A DNA stretch of 58,870 bases from Eledone cirrhosa (taxonomy: Eukaryota). Every line of letters begins with the position of its first letter. Positions within the stretch are counted from its first letter, which is position 1. Positions 1-15,600 of this stretch are shown here, one piece after another. The notes under the pieces were generated by a model. That model saw nothing but the letters and a program-made list of their open reading frames with translations, was not told the origin of the DNA and ran no database searches. A program made the translations under genes and the position numbers. The stretch is from assembly GCA_964016885.1 (NCBI GenBank), contig CAXHJY010000017.1, forward strand, positions 1-58,870. Direction: 5' to 3'.

Positions 1-83
1 TAACCTCTGCATATATATATATATATATAGTGACGAAACAAGTCAATTTCATGAACTCATAATCCTTTATTTTCTCTCTCACT

Positions 84-155
<72 letters not shown>

Positions 156-467
156 GAACTAAGGTCCACGGACCGGTTTTCTGCTACCAGAATAGTGAGA
201 ATCCGGGATCTACAGAATGACTAATATTTCATGTTAATGTATAAAATAAGATCTTCTCTATAGATTTCTAAGCAGTCTAGTGGTAAGAAACTCTCAGGAG
301 AGCTGGACAGCAGAAAACCTTCAGAGAAGAAAACCCACTTAAGCTAGTGTTTCGGTTTATAGATTAGCTAGGTATATATAATAAGATCAGGTGTTCAAAA
401 TCGTGCCTTGAAGTTTTAGACATTTTATAGTGTGCTTTGTTATTCAATGCAATACCGGTAATATAAT

Positions 468-651
468 TGCTTCTATATTTGGCACAAGGCCAGCAAATAC
501 CCAGTACATTACTGGTACTTTATTTTATCGACCTCGTAAGGATGAAAGGCAAAGTTAACCTCGGCGGGATTTGAACTCAGTTCGTAAAGGGACGTAACTG
601 TTTGCTGGAAAGTATGGCGTCCGACCCTCTACCGATACTGTCAATCCACCA
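468..651 (-). mobile_element. tRNA-derived SINE (MetaSINE-like core)
   Basis: Minus-strand A-box-like start, B box GAGTTCAAATCCC, core GCCTTTCATCCTTACG.GGTCGATAAAAT, (AAT)-type tail; 18-bp TSD CAATACCGGTAATATAAT at 450-467/652-669. Confidence 0.85.
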
Positions 652-1004
652 CAATACCGGTAATATAATACGTGATTAAGTATGTGTGTTTGTGTGTGTA
701 TATTTCGTAATATGTAGATCAATAAGTACAAATGCACGAAAAGGAAAAGTGTATTTTATAAGAGCAAATGTTACGAACTCTCACTGACATATTCGATTTT
801 GTCGTTTATTCTATTCAGTTCAAATCAAAACTAGTTGTTCTTTACAAAATAGACGAGACATACAGACATTGTTATATAGATTATACATACATACATACAT
901 ACATACATACATACATACATACATACATACATACACACACACATACATACATACATACACACATACATACACACATACATACATACATACATACATACAT
1001 ACAT

Positions 1005-1035
<31 letters not shown>

Positions 1036-1123
1036 TACATACATACATACATACATACATACATACATACATACATACATACATACATGTATGCATACAT
1101 ACACACATATACATACATACATA

Positions 1124-2649
1124 CAGACTACACCCGATTAAGAAAGATTTGGTCATCGGAACTCTCTGCGCAAAACAAAACAGTGGCTCACAATGTGTTT
1201 GTTGTGCCTGTCCTAACACCAACGTTTGGAATACTCAATTGGACGATAGACGAAATCCGAGCAGTTGATGTTAGGACTCGAAAAATACTAAACAACACCG
1301 GAAACTTCCACATCAACAGTGACATAGACCGCCTTTGCTTGAAACGTAAGCAGGGAGGCAGAGGCCTAACATCAGTCCAGACAACATTTGAATGTCGCAT
1401 CATATCCCTCCGACAACATCTACGAACCTCGAAGCGTAGGAGCCCGTCTCTGGAGCAAGTCTATCTGCATGAAACAGATAAGATCATAAGAGTTGAGAAG
1501 GAACTCCTCGAGAGATATTCCCTGTGTGATATTCAAAAACTCACACCCAGAGAAGTCGCTCAGCAGTATCGCAGTGAATCCATGGATGAAAAACTGCATG
1601 CTTATCAGCAAAAAATCATGCATGGATATGTTGCCAGGAAGCTCCAGAGTGAGAGTAATATAGATAAGGAAAGTAATCTATCTTGGACCAACAACCGCTA
1701 TATTGGCTCCCACTTTGAAGGATACGCTTTTGCAATCCAAGAACAGGAATTTAACACGAAATACCTGATTCACAAAAGAGATATGGATGCAGGCAATACA
1801 CCTAGATGTGATAACAAGTGCAGAATCTGCAGAATTAACATCGAAGATGTCACCCATGTCATCAGAAGCTGTCCAAAGATGTCATCGCGGTACTATCTAC
1901 CTATGAGGCATGATGTAGTGGCCAAAACTCTGTACAATGCAAACCGTAGAAACACATTAAGAAACACATTAAAAGCTACAGCAATATGGAAGACATCCAA
2001 ATACATAATATGAAAGAGCACTGGTGGAATGTTCCAGTAAAAACCCCACCCAATAAAATGTAGGCATAACAGACCAGATATTATGATATGGGACAGGGGA
2101 AAAAGAAAGCATGCACAGCAGTGGAAGTTAGCTGCCCAGCAGATGTCAATATAATATCAAAGATTAGCGAAAAGGAGAATATTTATGCAGAACTGATTGA
2201 GAAATCTGAAGATACTCCACCCTGATTACACCTTCAGATGTATGCCTGTGACTATTGGGGCACTGGGGTATGTTAGTAACTGCCTCAATACAAATCTTGA
2301 GAAGTTAGGCTTCACAGGAACAGAAAGAACACAACTAGTTAGGAAATTACACGTATAATCCATTAATGGAACAGTAAAAATATGTAAAACATTCCAAAAA
2401 TTTTGCATCTAATAACTGCATATACACATGTACAGATACAAAGCATATACACATGCACACATACAACTGAAAACATCCACATCCACACATACAATAACAT
2501 CCATATCTACACATGCATGCATGCAGACATGCATACATAATCTACCTAGTTGATGTTGTGTAAATTCCAATGAGAGAGTCTTGTGTCTATGTTAGAAACC
2601 GACTCTCTTTCTATTGGTAAAAATTTGTGAAATTATAAAACCAGAAGAA
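1124..2649 (+). mobile_element. 5'-truncated R4-like RLE element in (CATA)n
   Basis: ORF 1087-2013 (KIWSSELS, GGRGL, CRIC..H..C, RHD) is homologous to the 54.5-58 kb protein. A frameshifted NRPDIMIWD follows. 3' end CCAGAAGAA|CATA. Confidence 0.9.
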
Positions 2650-2667
2650 CATACATACATATATAAT

Positions 2668-3350
2668 TGATGATGGCTGCAACTCGATTCCGAGTAATGC
2701 CATCGTTTGATACCTAAGCATGAACATCGCGGACGTGGCCTTTTAGTCCTACTAGGGGCTTGCCCATGGGCAGCAATGCCATGCATCGCAAAAAATGTCA
2801 TATATCAAGCGATGCCTGTGCTTGAAGCGTTTTTTAAGTGAGGAAAGCCTTTGCACGGAGCCAATCCCACTCTCTGAATACCGAATGCATTTACACAAAC
2901 AGTAGAACTGGTTTACATCATTGGATGTCGTAGGGTTGCCGGTTTAGTCACCGACGGCACGACCATACACAGGTTGTACTAGAGTACATGTTACCAGTAG
3001 CACTGAAAAGCGACCTGACATAATACATACATGCATGATGGCTGAAAACTCTGCTAAGAGTATTGCCATCGCTTGTCAGATTACAGAAAATGGTGCATCT
3101 TTAGGCTAGTCAGCCACACGAACGTGTAACAGATCTTGAACAAGCAATTCCTGTGCTTTGAAGGTTTTTTTAAGTGGAGAAAGGCTTTGCACTTGACCAA
3201 TCCCACTCTCTGAACATCGAAAACACTACCCGAAAAGGAGAACTGGTCAACATCATCGGATGTTTCCGAAGCCGCAGGTTATTTTTTCAGAGTTTCCCTC
3301 TCTTAGAAAGGTGTTGTGACAACAACTGGGGGACTTTCACTCCCAGGTGA
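2668..3350 (-). mobile_element. Two diverged RTE-derived elements in tandem (2668-3019, 3036-3350)
   Basis: Share the TGCAC....CCAATCCCACTCTCT block, the terminal hairpin and end motifs (GACCTGA|CATA; CAGAGTTTCCCTCTCTTAG) with the 45-47 kb copies. Confidence 0.55.
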
Positions 3351-3630
3351 AAAAAAAAACGTTCATACATACATACATACATATATATGAACAAACATAA
3401 ATGTTTGACGGACTAACAATACATACATACACGCATAAAGAGGATAAGCGTGGTGTGTGTGTATGTTTGTGCGTCTGTGTGCCTGTGTATCCGTGTGTGT
3501 ATGTGTGTGTGTGAGAGAGTGTGTTTGTGAATGTGTGTTTGGGGAAAAATAAAGAGATTTATCGATAGATGGATATTTGGAAAATGGAGATGAGTGTTAA
3601 AAAGAAATGGACGCGTGATGAGAGAAAGAT

Positions 3631-3706
<76 letters not shown>

Positions 3707-3734
3707 AAGGATAGATAGAGAGGGGGCAAAGAAA

Positions 3735-3792
<58 letters not shown>

Positions 3793-4589
3793 ATGTCTGT
3801 GTGTGTATGTGTTTGTATGTGTGTCTGTGTTTCTGTGTGTATGTGTGTGTGCATGTCTGTGTGTGTATGTGTGTGTGTGTGTGTGTATGTGTGTGTGTGT
3901 GTGCATGTCTGTGTGTGTGTGTGTTTGACTGAGAGGGAAGCAAGTTAGAGAAAAGTTGAAAGATAGATAAAATGACATATTGAAAAACTCAAGAACTGAA
4001 GCAAAAGTTAATAAATATACAAAAAGAAAGGAAATAATATTTTTTTTAATTCAACAAAAAAAAAATGGAAAAAAAAAGAAGTAGGAATAAAGAGAAAAAT
4101 GAAAATATAACATAAAATCATATGAAAGAAAGAAAGAAAGAAAGAGAGGAAGAAGAAAAGAGAAAGGAAAGAGTCATTTGATAGTCATCTATCTATAAAT
4201 ATTGAAAACTTCCTCTTACGTTCAAGTGAAAATTTTTCAAAGAACCAGACGATAAAAGGATGTCATTTCTTGACATCGCAATATTATTATTATTATTTAT
4301 TATTATTAGTATTGTTATTATCATTATTATTTGTGGTGCTGTAGTGGTGGTGATGGCGGAGAAGGTGGTGGTGGTGGCGGTGATGGTGGTGGTATTTGAA
4401 AAAATAAACAACATCCTAATAAAATTTTTTTTAAAAAAGCGATCTCAATTTTCTATCTGAGTTCATTGAATATCATTTTGTTGTTTTGTTATCAGAGTTG
4501 TTTGTTTTCGTTTTTGTTTGTTTGTTTGTTTGTTTATTATTATTTTATCAATATTGCTATATTATCAATATTCTTATCATTATTGTTGC

Positions 4590-4623
<34 letters not shown>

Positions 4624-4912
4624 GTTTCCGTTGTTCGTCTGTTTGTGTATTTATTTGTGATTCGCTCCACCACACCCGTCCGGTCTTTCCTCTTACGCTT
4701 GCCTTTTATATTTGCTCCCGCCACTCACACAGCACATCCGCCATCTTTGCCATGCTTGAACCTTTTTCATATGTAGTGATAGATTTATAGCGAAAGATTG
4801 AAAAAGACATCGCCATATTTTACTAAACATACATCTTTTTATTCACGCATACAAGCACGTACGCAGACAAACATATTTAAACTTTATATACATGAATACA
4901 CGCACACACACA

Positions 4913-4993
<81 letters not shown>

Positions 4994-5514
4994 CACACAT
5001 ACACACCACACACACCACACATACACACACATACCACACATACACACCACACACACACCACACATACACACACACACATACATGTGTGTGAGTGTGAGAC
5101 TCGGCCGGCTTGTGTGTCTTTTCTCATAAAATTCTAACTATGATATAAATATGTAAACAAAAATTAGCATATATATTATAAGTATAAGTATAAGTACAAG
5201 CATATGTTAGTGTTAAGAAATATATAGACATAGAATAAGCAGAGTTTATATGCATATATATACACACTATATACATACAAACACTGCTCCATACAAGCAC
5301 ATACATTTATATATATATATGTTTATAGGTGAGAGAGAGACAGAGAGAGAGAGAGGATGTACGAGAGAATATATTTAAGATATATATGCAAATTATATAT
5401 GTGATCATGTGTGTATGTATGTATATATGTATGTTTACATATATTTATTTATGCATAAATATATTCATATGTGTGTAAAGAAACAGAATAATACACACAC
5501 AGACACACACACAC

Positions 5515-5582
<68 letters not shown>

Positions 5583-5663
5583 CAAGTAATCAGTGTTGAT
5601 TGATCAAGCAATCGACTGACTGTCGTGTAATCAGATGTAAGCACTACACGACGTGGGTTTTAC

Positions 5664-5755
<92 letters not shown>

Positions 5756-5757
5756 AT

Positions 5758-5829
<72 letters not shown>

Positions 5830-5871
5830 GAATGTGTGTATACATATATACATATACATACATATGTATAT

Positions 5872-5935
<64 letters not shown>

Positions 5936-6182
5936 CAGAGATAGAGGGCGAGAGAGAAATAGATAGATATATTTCTTTATTAGCCACAAGGGCGCACAAG
6001 AAAAGGGGACAATACAGAGAAATAGATAAATAGATAGATAGATAGATAGATAGATTTGTGTGTATGTATACGTAATGTATATATATAGATATATACATAC
6101 ATTTATATATATATACATATATATATGTATATATATGTACATATATGCATATACGTTTATATATATATATATATATATGTAT

Positions 6183-6308
<126 letters not shown>

Positions 6309-6726
6309 CAGATATATATATATATAAGAAAGAGGGGGGGGGGGATATATAGATATAGATATAAGAAAGAGAGAGAGACACAGAGAGATAGGAGAGTGAG
6401 TGAGAGAGAGAGATGTATAACTCATTTTATAAACGGTTTCTTTCCTTTTAAAATATAAATTCCTCATATCTAATTCTTTTTTCTTCTTCTATACCCCACA
6501 TCTAAAGAAAGGGAAGGAAAAAGCAGTGTTATCATCACGATCATACAGCTCCTTTATGCACACTTTATATACACAATGACTTATATACCCATTACTATAC
6601 ACCCCCATAGACCGTTTCTTCGTTTGTATCTCTCTGGCAGCGGAAATAGAGGCAAATGTACAGAAACGAGTGATGCACATTGGAGGCGGGCGGGCTTTTA
6701 TTTACAATTGATTGAATTTAACAGCA

Positions 6727-6851
<125 letters not shown>

Positions 6852-6936
6852 AAGAGAGCGAGAGGGAGAAATATATATATGTATATATATATATACATAT
6901 ATATGTGTATATATATACACATATATGTGTGCGTGT

Positions 6937-6993
<57 letters not shown>

Positions 6994-7068
6994 CGTGTAT
7001 GTGTGTGTGTGTGTGTAAATATATATATATATACATATGTATGTATGAATATATATATATATATATTG

Positions 7069-7158
<90 letters not shown>

Positions 7159-7438
7159 TATCACCTTTATGGAATCGGTAAGTTGAAATAATGTATGTTT
7201 TTGTCATGATCATGAACACCATTTGAATATATTTATTTGGTCTATTTATACACACACACACACTCACACACACACTCACACACTCACACACACATTAACA
7301 TACACACATACACACAATGGCACAAACATACGAATATATCAACATTTATAAATATTTTTGTGTTTGTATATAGCTATATAAATATGTGTGTATATATATA
7401 TATATGTGTGTGTCTGTGTGTGTATATATATATATATA

Positions 7439-7474
<36 letters not shown>

Positions 7475-7537
7475 TGTGTATATATATATATATATACATT
7501 TATATAAATATATGTATGTGCATGTGTGTTAGTGTCC

Positions 7538-7593
<56 letters not shown>

Positions 7594-8129
7594 CCGTCTT
7601 TATATTATATGAATTCAGTGACGTCCAGGATATGATTACTTAAAGAGGATGCGTTGCCCATAACAACTCACTTTCTGAATGAGTTCTTCTTTGCCACTCA
7701 ATAATATGTTTTACTTTCCTCGCCTACTCCTGTCCCACTGCTTCCACAACCACAACCTTCAAGCGTGAATCGTTAACTCTTCCCTTTTGTTATGTATAAT
7801 TCTTGCACGAATCCTTCATAATGATTGTAAGACATTAAGAAACTTTGCCAACAATATATATGTTTAGGACTGTTTCAATTTTTGTTCCTATACTTTACTC
7901 ACCAAGAACAATATTAACTGAGAATTATTCATGTTAAAATATCTCAACATTATTCAACTTATTGACCGAGTGGCCAATAAAGAAATCTTTATTAAGCTTG
8001 TCAACTGAATATTATTATATAAACTTATCCTACACTCATTTATTCGGACTGGTGTATTCATCCTAGTTGCCATAATCACAACCTTTTAGCCGTTACGGCT
8101 CTCGGCCTTCTTCGGAGAAATTATTATTA

Positions 8130-8760
8130 TAGATTGGCAGTATTCTTAGAGCGTCGGACAACATGCTCTACGGCATAGAGTTACATTCCTTTACGTTTTT
8201 AGTTCAAATCCTGCCGAGGTTAGCTTTATCTTTCATCCTTGCGGGTTCGATAAGATAAAGTACCAGTAACGCCCTGAGGTAGATTTAATCGACGTTCAAC
8301 TCCCCAGAATAGCTGACCTTATGCCTATAGTAGAAATCATTATTAAAAATTGGCAGTATTGGTAGAGCTTCAGACAACATGCTTTACGACGTAGAGTTAT
8401 GGCCCTTTACGTGCTAAGTTCAAATCTAGTCGAGGTTAGCTTTGCTCTTCATTCATTTGGGCTTGATAAAATAATTGTTTCTACTTTAGGCACAAGGCCA
8501 GCAATTACCCAGTACATTACTGGTACTTTATTTATCGACCCCGTAAGGATGAAAGGCAAAGTTAACCTCGAAGGGATTTGAACTCAGACTGTAAAGGGAC
8601 GTAACTATGCTAGAAAGCATGGCGTCCAACTCTCTACCGATACTGCCAATTCACCGCCCTTGGGCTTGATAAAATAATGCACCAGTAACACACTGGCGTC
8701 GATTTAATCGACTTTCTCCTCCCACAAATTGTTGGCCTTGTGCCTAAATCAGAATCCATT
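8130..8760. mobile_element. Nested SINE cluster (two + copies, one split by a - copy at 8477-8659)
   Basis: Same SINE consensus; TSD TTGGGCTTGATAAAATAAT flanks the inner copy. Confidence 0.8.
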
Positions 8761-8807
8761 ATAAACTGATATATGCAGACTGACATTCTCATCTTAGCTG
8801 TTATAGA

Positions 8808-9085
8808 GTGGAGGCACGTGGCCTAGTGGTAAGGGTGTTGGACTTACAATCATAATGTCGTGGGTTCTATTCCTAGGTTGCGTGTTGTGTTCTTGAGCAA
8901 AACACTTCATTTCACGTTGCTCCAGTATACTCAGCTGAAAATGAGTACCAGCAATAGCTGGGGATTTAACTCTGCGATGGACTAGCGTCCTGTCCAGAAG
9001 GGAGTCTTGTATTCTCAGTCGCTTCACGCCATGAAACCGGAATAAGCACCGGCCAAATGAGCCTTCTGGCATAAGACAGACTTTA
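8808..9085 (+). mobile_element. CORE-type tRNA SINE (other copies 37880-38115(-), 20895-21240)
   Basis: TGGCCTAGTGG A box, GGTTCTATTCC B box, CORE-like TGTTCTTGAGCAAAACACTT; TAGCTGTTATAG repeated on both sides. Confidence 0.75.
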
Positions 9086-9169
9086 GACTTGTAGCTGTTA
9101 TAGTACCAATATTTCCGCTGTTGTACTCTCCTGTCCGCCGTATTCAGAAATGTTCTTGCAATTTCGAAA

Positions 9170-9600
9170 TTATTTGTTAACTCAACATTATTAAATTTGT
9201 TAAATGAACATTATTAAACTTCTTTACTCGACCTTATTAGATTTGTTACCTCAACATTATTAAACTTCTTTACTCGACCTTATTAGATTTGTTACCTCAA
9301 CATTATTAAACTCACCATTAATGACGGTATTAGATCAATAATATTAAAGTCGCAAACTCAACATTATTAAACTTATTAAATCAATATTATTAAACTATTC
9401 ACTGAACGTTATTAAAGCATTTTAAACTCAACATTACTGGAATTGATGACTCAGCACTATTGCACTTCTTCATATAACGTTATTTATCTTGTTAAATCAA
9501 CAGTATTAAGCATCTCATTAAAACATTATTAAGGTTGTTATCCCAACATTATCACATTTATTAACTCAACATTATTCAATTTGTTAATTAGACATTTTTA
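9170..9600. repeat. Degenerate ~21-bp minisatellite (CTCAACATTATTAAATTTGTTA); also 7900-8040
   Basis: Recurrent CAACATTATTA at ~21-bp spacing. Confidence 0.75.
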
Positions 9601-10329
9601 TTGTTTGCTTCTTTGTATGTTGTTTTTATTTTGCTTTGTTTTGTTTTGTTTTTCCTTTATATTCTACACTAACACATACACACTTTCACACATATATATA
9701 CATACACGTTTTCATCTACAAGCACACATGTAGTATTGTTGTTATTGTTATTATTGATCCTGCGCATTTGCATCAAATTAGCCTTAATCCAGAAGACCTA
9801 TGAAGGAAAATATACCCACCATGATCCAGCTCTTGTTTTCTTAAGCAGCGTATTATCCAATGTATGCTTCTTTTATAAAATAGATTTGGCTGCTGTTTCT
9901 AGCAATTTGAGCGACAACAGACAAGCGGCCATAATTCGTTCGTGTTGTCCTTGATGATTTTCATGGTGTTCTTAAGGTTTTGTGTAGTGTGGTATGTTCA
10001 TGCGTTTATAAGTTTTAAAAGGGGTCAACATGACGGATCATTGTAGTAGATCATTCAGAAAATGTATGTGATGGTGGTGGTGGTATTGTGTGTGTGTTGG
10101 GGGTGGCGCGGGGTTTGAAGGTTATTGCTGCTTGGCCTCATGTCAGCTATCATCAAGTTTCTGACCAAAGATGCTCCATCCAGCTATGATCATTCTGTAG
10201 AAGCTACCTCAAGACGGCTCTGTGACATTCACAGTTTTACCAATTTAATATTTAAGTAAATTGACCCACGAGCTCAGTAAACCATTGTTGTTGTTATTGT
10301 TGCTGTTGTTCTCTTTATTTCACATATAA

Positions 10330-10500
10330 TTTACCTGCAGACTTCTGATATTCTGGGTCCCTGAATCACCTCCCTATTCGCTGCTATCGGAATAGAATTG
10401 GCCGCCCTTAAGAGTGAGAGCCACGAATTGGAATGGCTATTTCAACGCGTCTCTTTCGATATCGTCCTGCGTAACGGTCTTTTTTTGTTCTGTCCACTGG
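10330..10500 (+). mobile_element. CRE-clade RLE fragment (same family as 52.3 kb)
   Basis: TSDILGP..AIGIELAA..ELEWLFQRVSFDIVLRN. Confidence 0.65.
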
Positions 10501-10567
10501 GACTATATGGCTGCATACGCCTGACGTTCTACATGTCGGTGAAGCAGAGTGGACACACTTTCACACG

Positions 10568-10618
<51 letters not shown>

Positions 10619-11440
10619 CCATAATATTAGAATATGTGTTATACCATAATGCTTAAAACACTCATAGATTAAGTAGATTAGCACTCAGTACTGGTGGGTT
10701 GAGTTAGAATGTAGAAATTTTGAAGTTTTAGCTTGGTCACGTCATCTAGCAGGGTTTTCGTTCGTAGCTATCTTTTGTACCATTTAACCGTTGATCTAGA
10801 CTACTCAATTCAAAATGTCCTTGCGTTTTTTTTTTTGTTTTGTTTGCTGCTATTTCTAACAGGTTAAGGGACCAGGTAGAAGCTTCCTCGTTATCCTTTC
10901 CACCATTTTCCCTGTTGAAAGCCAGATACAAACAATATTACCTGATGCTTTCTTTGATTTCTTCTGTTTTGTAGTTTTGTCTGTTTTGTTTGTTGGTTTC
11001 ACTTTTTTTTTTGTTTGTTTGTTTTGTTTTACGATTCCGCCATCCATAATTCTCAAGCCTTGAGCGTAGCTATGCTTGGTCATATCTAGTCATGCCTGAC
11101 CATGCCTGACCATGCCTGACCATATCTGGTCACATAGAAAGACAATCAATTAACATTGGAATGAGGTGGACGGTGCAGATGTTAAAACATCACAGGAGAC
11201 GCCCTCCACGATGTCCACGTTTGTCTGCTCAAGTTTCTGATTATTAATCTCAAAGAACAACCCCACAGGGGCCAGCTTCGCCTTTCATCATTGCAGATTG
11301 TCATCGATAAAAGCAAGACAACTCTTCCTGTGATAATATACATGTGTGTGTGGGGGGTGTGTAGGTGTGTTTGAGTGGATGCTTATACATATACATATAA
11401 TATATATATTTATTTATATATAAATATATATATAATATAT

Positions 11441-11475
<35 letters not shown>

Positions 11476-11513
11476 CACACACTCACACACACACACATAT
11501 ATATATATACACT

Positions 11514-11579
<66 letters not shown>

Positions 11580-11629
11580 ACCGTTCAATAGATCATAAGA
11601 TCATACGTCGTCATTTCATCAGACATCAG

Positions 11630-11672
<43 letters not shown>

Positions 11673-11683
11673 TATCATCATCG

Positions 11684-11715
<32 letters not shown>

Positions 11716-11789
11716 TTCATCATCATCATCATTATCGTCATCATCATAATAATCATCATCATTATACTCATAGCAGTAGAAGAAATAAT

Positions 11790-13680
11790 AATTCTTTCTA
11801 GCATTCGCTCAACACCAGAAATTGAGAGAAGCAGATAGTTGATAACATAGACCTCAGTATTTAACTGGTACTTTATTTTATCGAACTGGCCAGGATGAAA
11901 GGCAACCTTAAGCTCGGTCGGGTTTGGACTCACAACGTAAAGAGCCGGAAGAAATATATCTCAAAGTGTCGCTTCAGATGCTCTAATATATTCTGTTAAT
12001 TTGCCACACTTATAGAAGAAATAATTGTTTCTACTGTTGTACAAGGCCAGCAAATACCCAGTGTATTACTGGTACTTTATTTTATCGACCCCGTAAGGAT
12101 GAAAGGCAAAGTTAACCTCGGCGGGATTTGAACTCAGAATGGCAAGGGCCGTAACTCTATGCGTCAAAGCATGGCGTCCGACCCTCTACCGATACTGCCA
12201 ATCCACCGCCCTTATAGAAGAAATAATAGTGATTAATAATAATAATAATTGTTTTTATTTTTGGCACAAGGCTAGCAATTATCCCAGTACATTACTGGTA
12301 CTTTATTTTATCGACCCCTAAGGATAAAAGGCAAAGTCAACCTCGACGGGCATTAAACTCAGACCGTAAAGGGACGTAACTATGCTGGTTAGCATGGCGT
12401 CCGACCCTCTACCGATACTGCCTAATAATAATTGTTTCTACTTTTTGGCACAAGGCCAGCAATTACCCAGTACATTACTGGTACTTTATTTTATCGACCC
12501 CGTAAGGATGAAAGGCAAAGTGAACCTCAGCAGGATTTGAAATCAGACCGTAAAGGGACGTAACTCTATACTGGAAAGCATGGCATCCGATCCTCTACCT
12601 AATAATTGTTTCTACTTTAGGTACAAGGCCAGCAATTACCCAGTGTATTACTGGTACTTTATTTTATCGACCCCGTAAGGATGAAAGGCAAATTCAACCT
12701 CGGCGGGATTTAATAATGATTTCTACTTTAGGCACAAGTCCAACAATTTTGAGTGAGGGGAAAGTCAACGAAATTGACCCCAGTGCATTACTGATATTTT
12801 AATTTATAGACCCTGTAGGGATGAAAGGCAAAGCTAACCTCGGCTGGATTTGAACTCAGAACGTAAACGGCCGTAACTCTATGCTGCAAAGCATGTTGTC
12901 CGACGCTCTACCGTTATTGCCAATCCTCTGTCCAATAATAATTATAATAATAATAATAATAATTGTTTCTACTTTAGGCACAAGGCCAGCAATTACCCAG
13001 TGCATTACTGGTACTTTATTTTATCGACCCCGTAAGAATAATAATGGTTTCATTTATTGGCCACAAGGGCCAGCCGACATATAGGGGACAATACAATAGA
13101 CGAGGACAGTGGCGGTTTTACACAAAAAGCGAGTAAAACATAAGAAAACAATCAAAATAAACAAGAAAAACACAACAATGAAAATTCTCTAATAGCGGGG
13201 ATAACCACCCAGGGTTGATTCAGGTACCCCACCAATCCTGAACCACCCGACGCTTCGCGGGCTCCTGGGATGGGCACCCCTCTCCTCCTCAATTCACCAG
13301 CCAACAGGCGCATGATCATAGTAGGCCCACTCACGCGGGCCACTCTCGCCACATTCACCCATAATAATTGTTTCTACTTTTGGCACAAGGCCAGCAATTA
13401 TCCCAGTGTATTACTGGTACTTTATTTTATCGAAAGGATGAAAGACAAAGTTAACCTCGGAGGGATTTGAACTCAGATCATAAAGGGCCGTAACTCTATG
13501 CTGTAATGCATGGCGTCCGACCCTCTACCGATACTGCAAATCCCTGAAACGTAGAGAGTGACACTCGTGTTGCATAATGTACAGATGCGTATTTTGCAAT
13601 CTTCTTATCTGTTAACCTCGGCGGGATTTGAACTCAGACCGTAAGGGGACGTAACTCTTTGCTGCAAAGCATGGCGTCCT
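11790..13680 (-). mobile_element. Stack of ~9 full or partial MetaSINE-like copies
   Basis: Repeated CACAAGGCCAGCAA..TTATCGACCCCGTAAGGATGAAAGGCAAAG..GATTTGAACTCAG joined at (AAT)n. Confidence 0.85.
13037..13362 (-). mobile_element. Probable Tx1-type LINE 3' end fragment inserted among SINEs (short relative at 5972-6020)
   Basis: GC-rich 3' UTR ending TTGTGGCCAATAAA plus (TTA)n; shares GCCACAAGGG..GGGGACAATACA with 5983-6016. Confidence 0.45.
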
Positions 13681-13692
13681 ATGGGCGAAGAA

Positions 13693-13739
<47 letters not shown>

Positions 13740-14127
13740 AGAAGAAGAAGAAGAAGAAGAAGAAGAATAGACACATATGAGGGTTGGCAGAATTGGTAGA
13801 GCGTCAGATAAAATTCCATTTTCATATTTTGCCAGACTCATTACATTCTGTGTATGTGTGTGTGAGAGGCAGTAGGTGGGTTTGCAATTTAAATTAAACA
13901 CTACAACACTAACAAGGTAAATACACAGTTTTCAATAAGTTTATTACATAGTAGATGGTGCGGCTCTCTCTACTGTCTCTATAAATTTATGTAAGCTGTT
14001 ATGCAGATTTGGGTTTCTGCATGGTTTATCTATACCCACCTTTATATACATACATATCATACATACCTATATACATATATATATAGATATCCACATTTTA
14101 TTATTATTATATATATATATACACAGC

Positions 14128-14158
<31 letters not shown>

Positions 14159-14398
14159 CATACACACATATATATGTATGTGTGTACATATGCATGGATG
14201 GATGTGTACATGTATTTATGTATGTATGCATGTATGTATGTATGTATGCATGTATGTATGTATGTATGTATGTATGTATGTATGTATGTATGTATGTATG
14301 TATGTATGTATGTATGTATGCATGTATGTATGTAAATCTAGGTATAGATATAGTTAACCACGCAGAACCCCCAATTCAGCAGATATAATTCATCGCCG

Positions 14399-14467
<69 letters not shown>

Positions 14468-14833
14468 TATATGGAGGGATATGTGGTGTGTATGTGTGTG
14501 TATGCATACAATGTCAGTGCATTCGAGTGTATGTGTGTATGAAAGGGTATATATGTGTTTATATAAGTATAGTCGTTGTATGTACTAACATTATATAGAC
14601 AAGAGCCACATCGGGACAGACGTAACAGAGTTTTAGTATGAGAATGAAGGGCAATATTTTCAAAAATTACAACCCCTTTCGTTTCCAAATTAAAACAAAG
14701 CAAGAGAGATCTGAATTATACGTTTATGTTTAACGCTCATTAATTTTATCGGCGTTTGAACAACAGTTCTGTATGAATAGAATGTATATAGGTATATATG
14801 TATATATGTTTATATGTATGTATGTATGTATAC

Positions 14834-14898
<65 letters not shown>

Positions 14899-14912
14899 TA
14901 TATGTATATATG

Positions 14913-14947
<35 letters not shown>

Positions 14948-14965
14948 ATTTATATATATATATAT

Positions 14966-14996
<31 letters not shown>

Positions 14997-15067
14997 ATAT
15001 ATATATATATATACATATTTATATACATACATATATCTGTATATATATGTATATATGTATATATGTA

Positions 15068-15190
<123 letters not shown>

Positions 15191-15255
15191 AAAAGTATTA
15201 TTTTATCTATCACTGTCATACCTATATCTAAGTTACAACCATATATTATACTTTG

Positions 15256-15318
<63 letters not shown>

Positions 15319-15438
15319 TTTGAATTCGTTTAAATGATGTTTCCTCAATTTTAAATTTCAGTATACCTCTATACCTGCGTTCCCTTCCCCCTCTCTCTCT
15401 CTCTCTCCCTCTCTCTCTCCCCCTCTCTCTCTCTCTCC

Positions 15439-15492
<54 letters not shown>

Positions 15493-15538
15493 TAAAATAA
15501 CAGATTAAAGTATATATATAGACACACACACAGATATA

Positions 15539-15600
<62 letters not shown>

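Noticed and set aside
8808-8885. tRNA gene
   Set aside because: It is a SINE head continuing into a CORE-like domain, with no intact cloverleaf.
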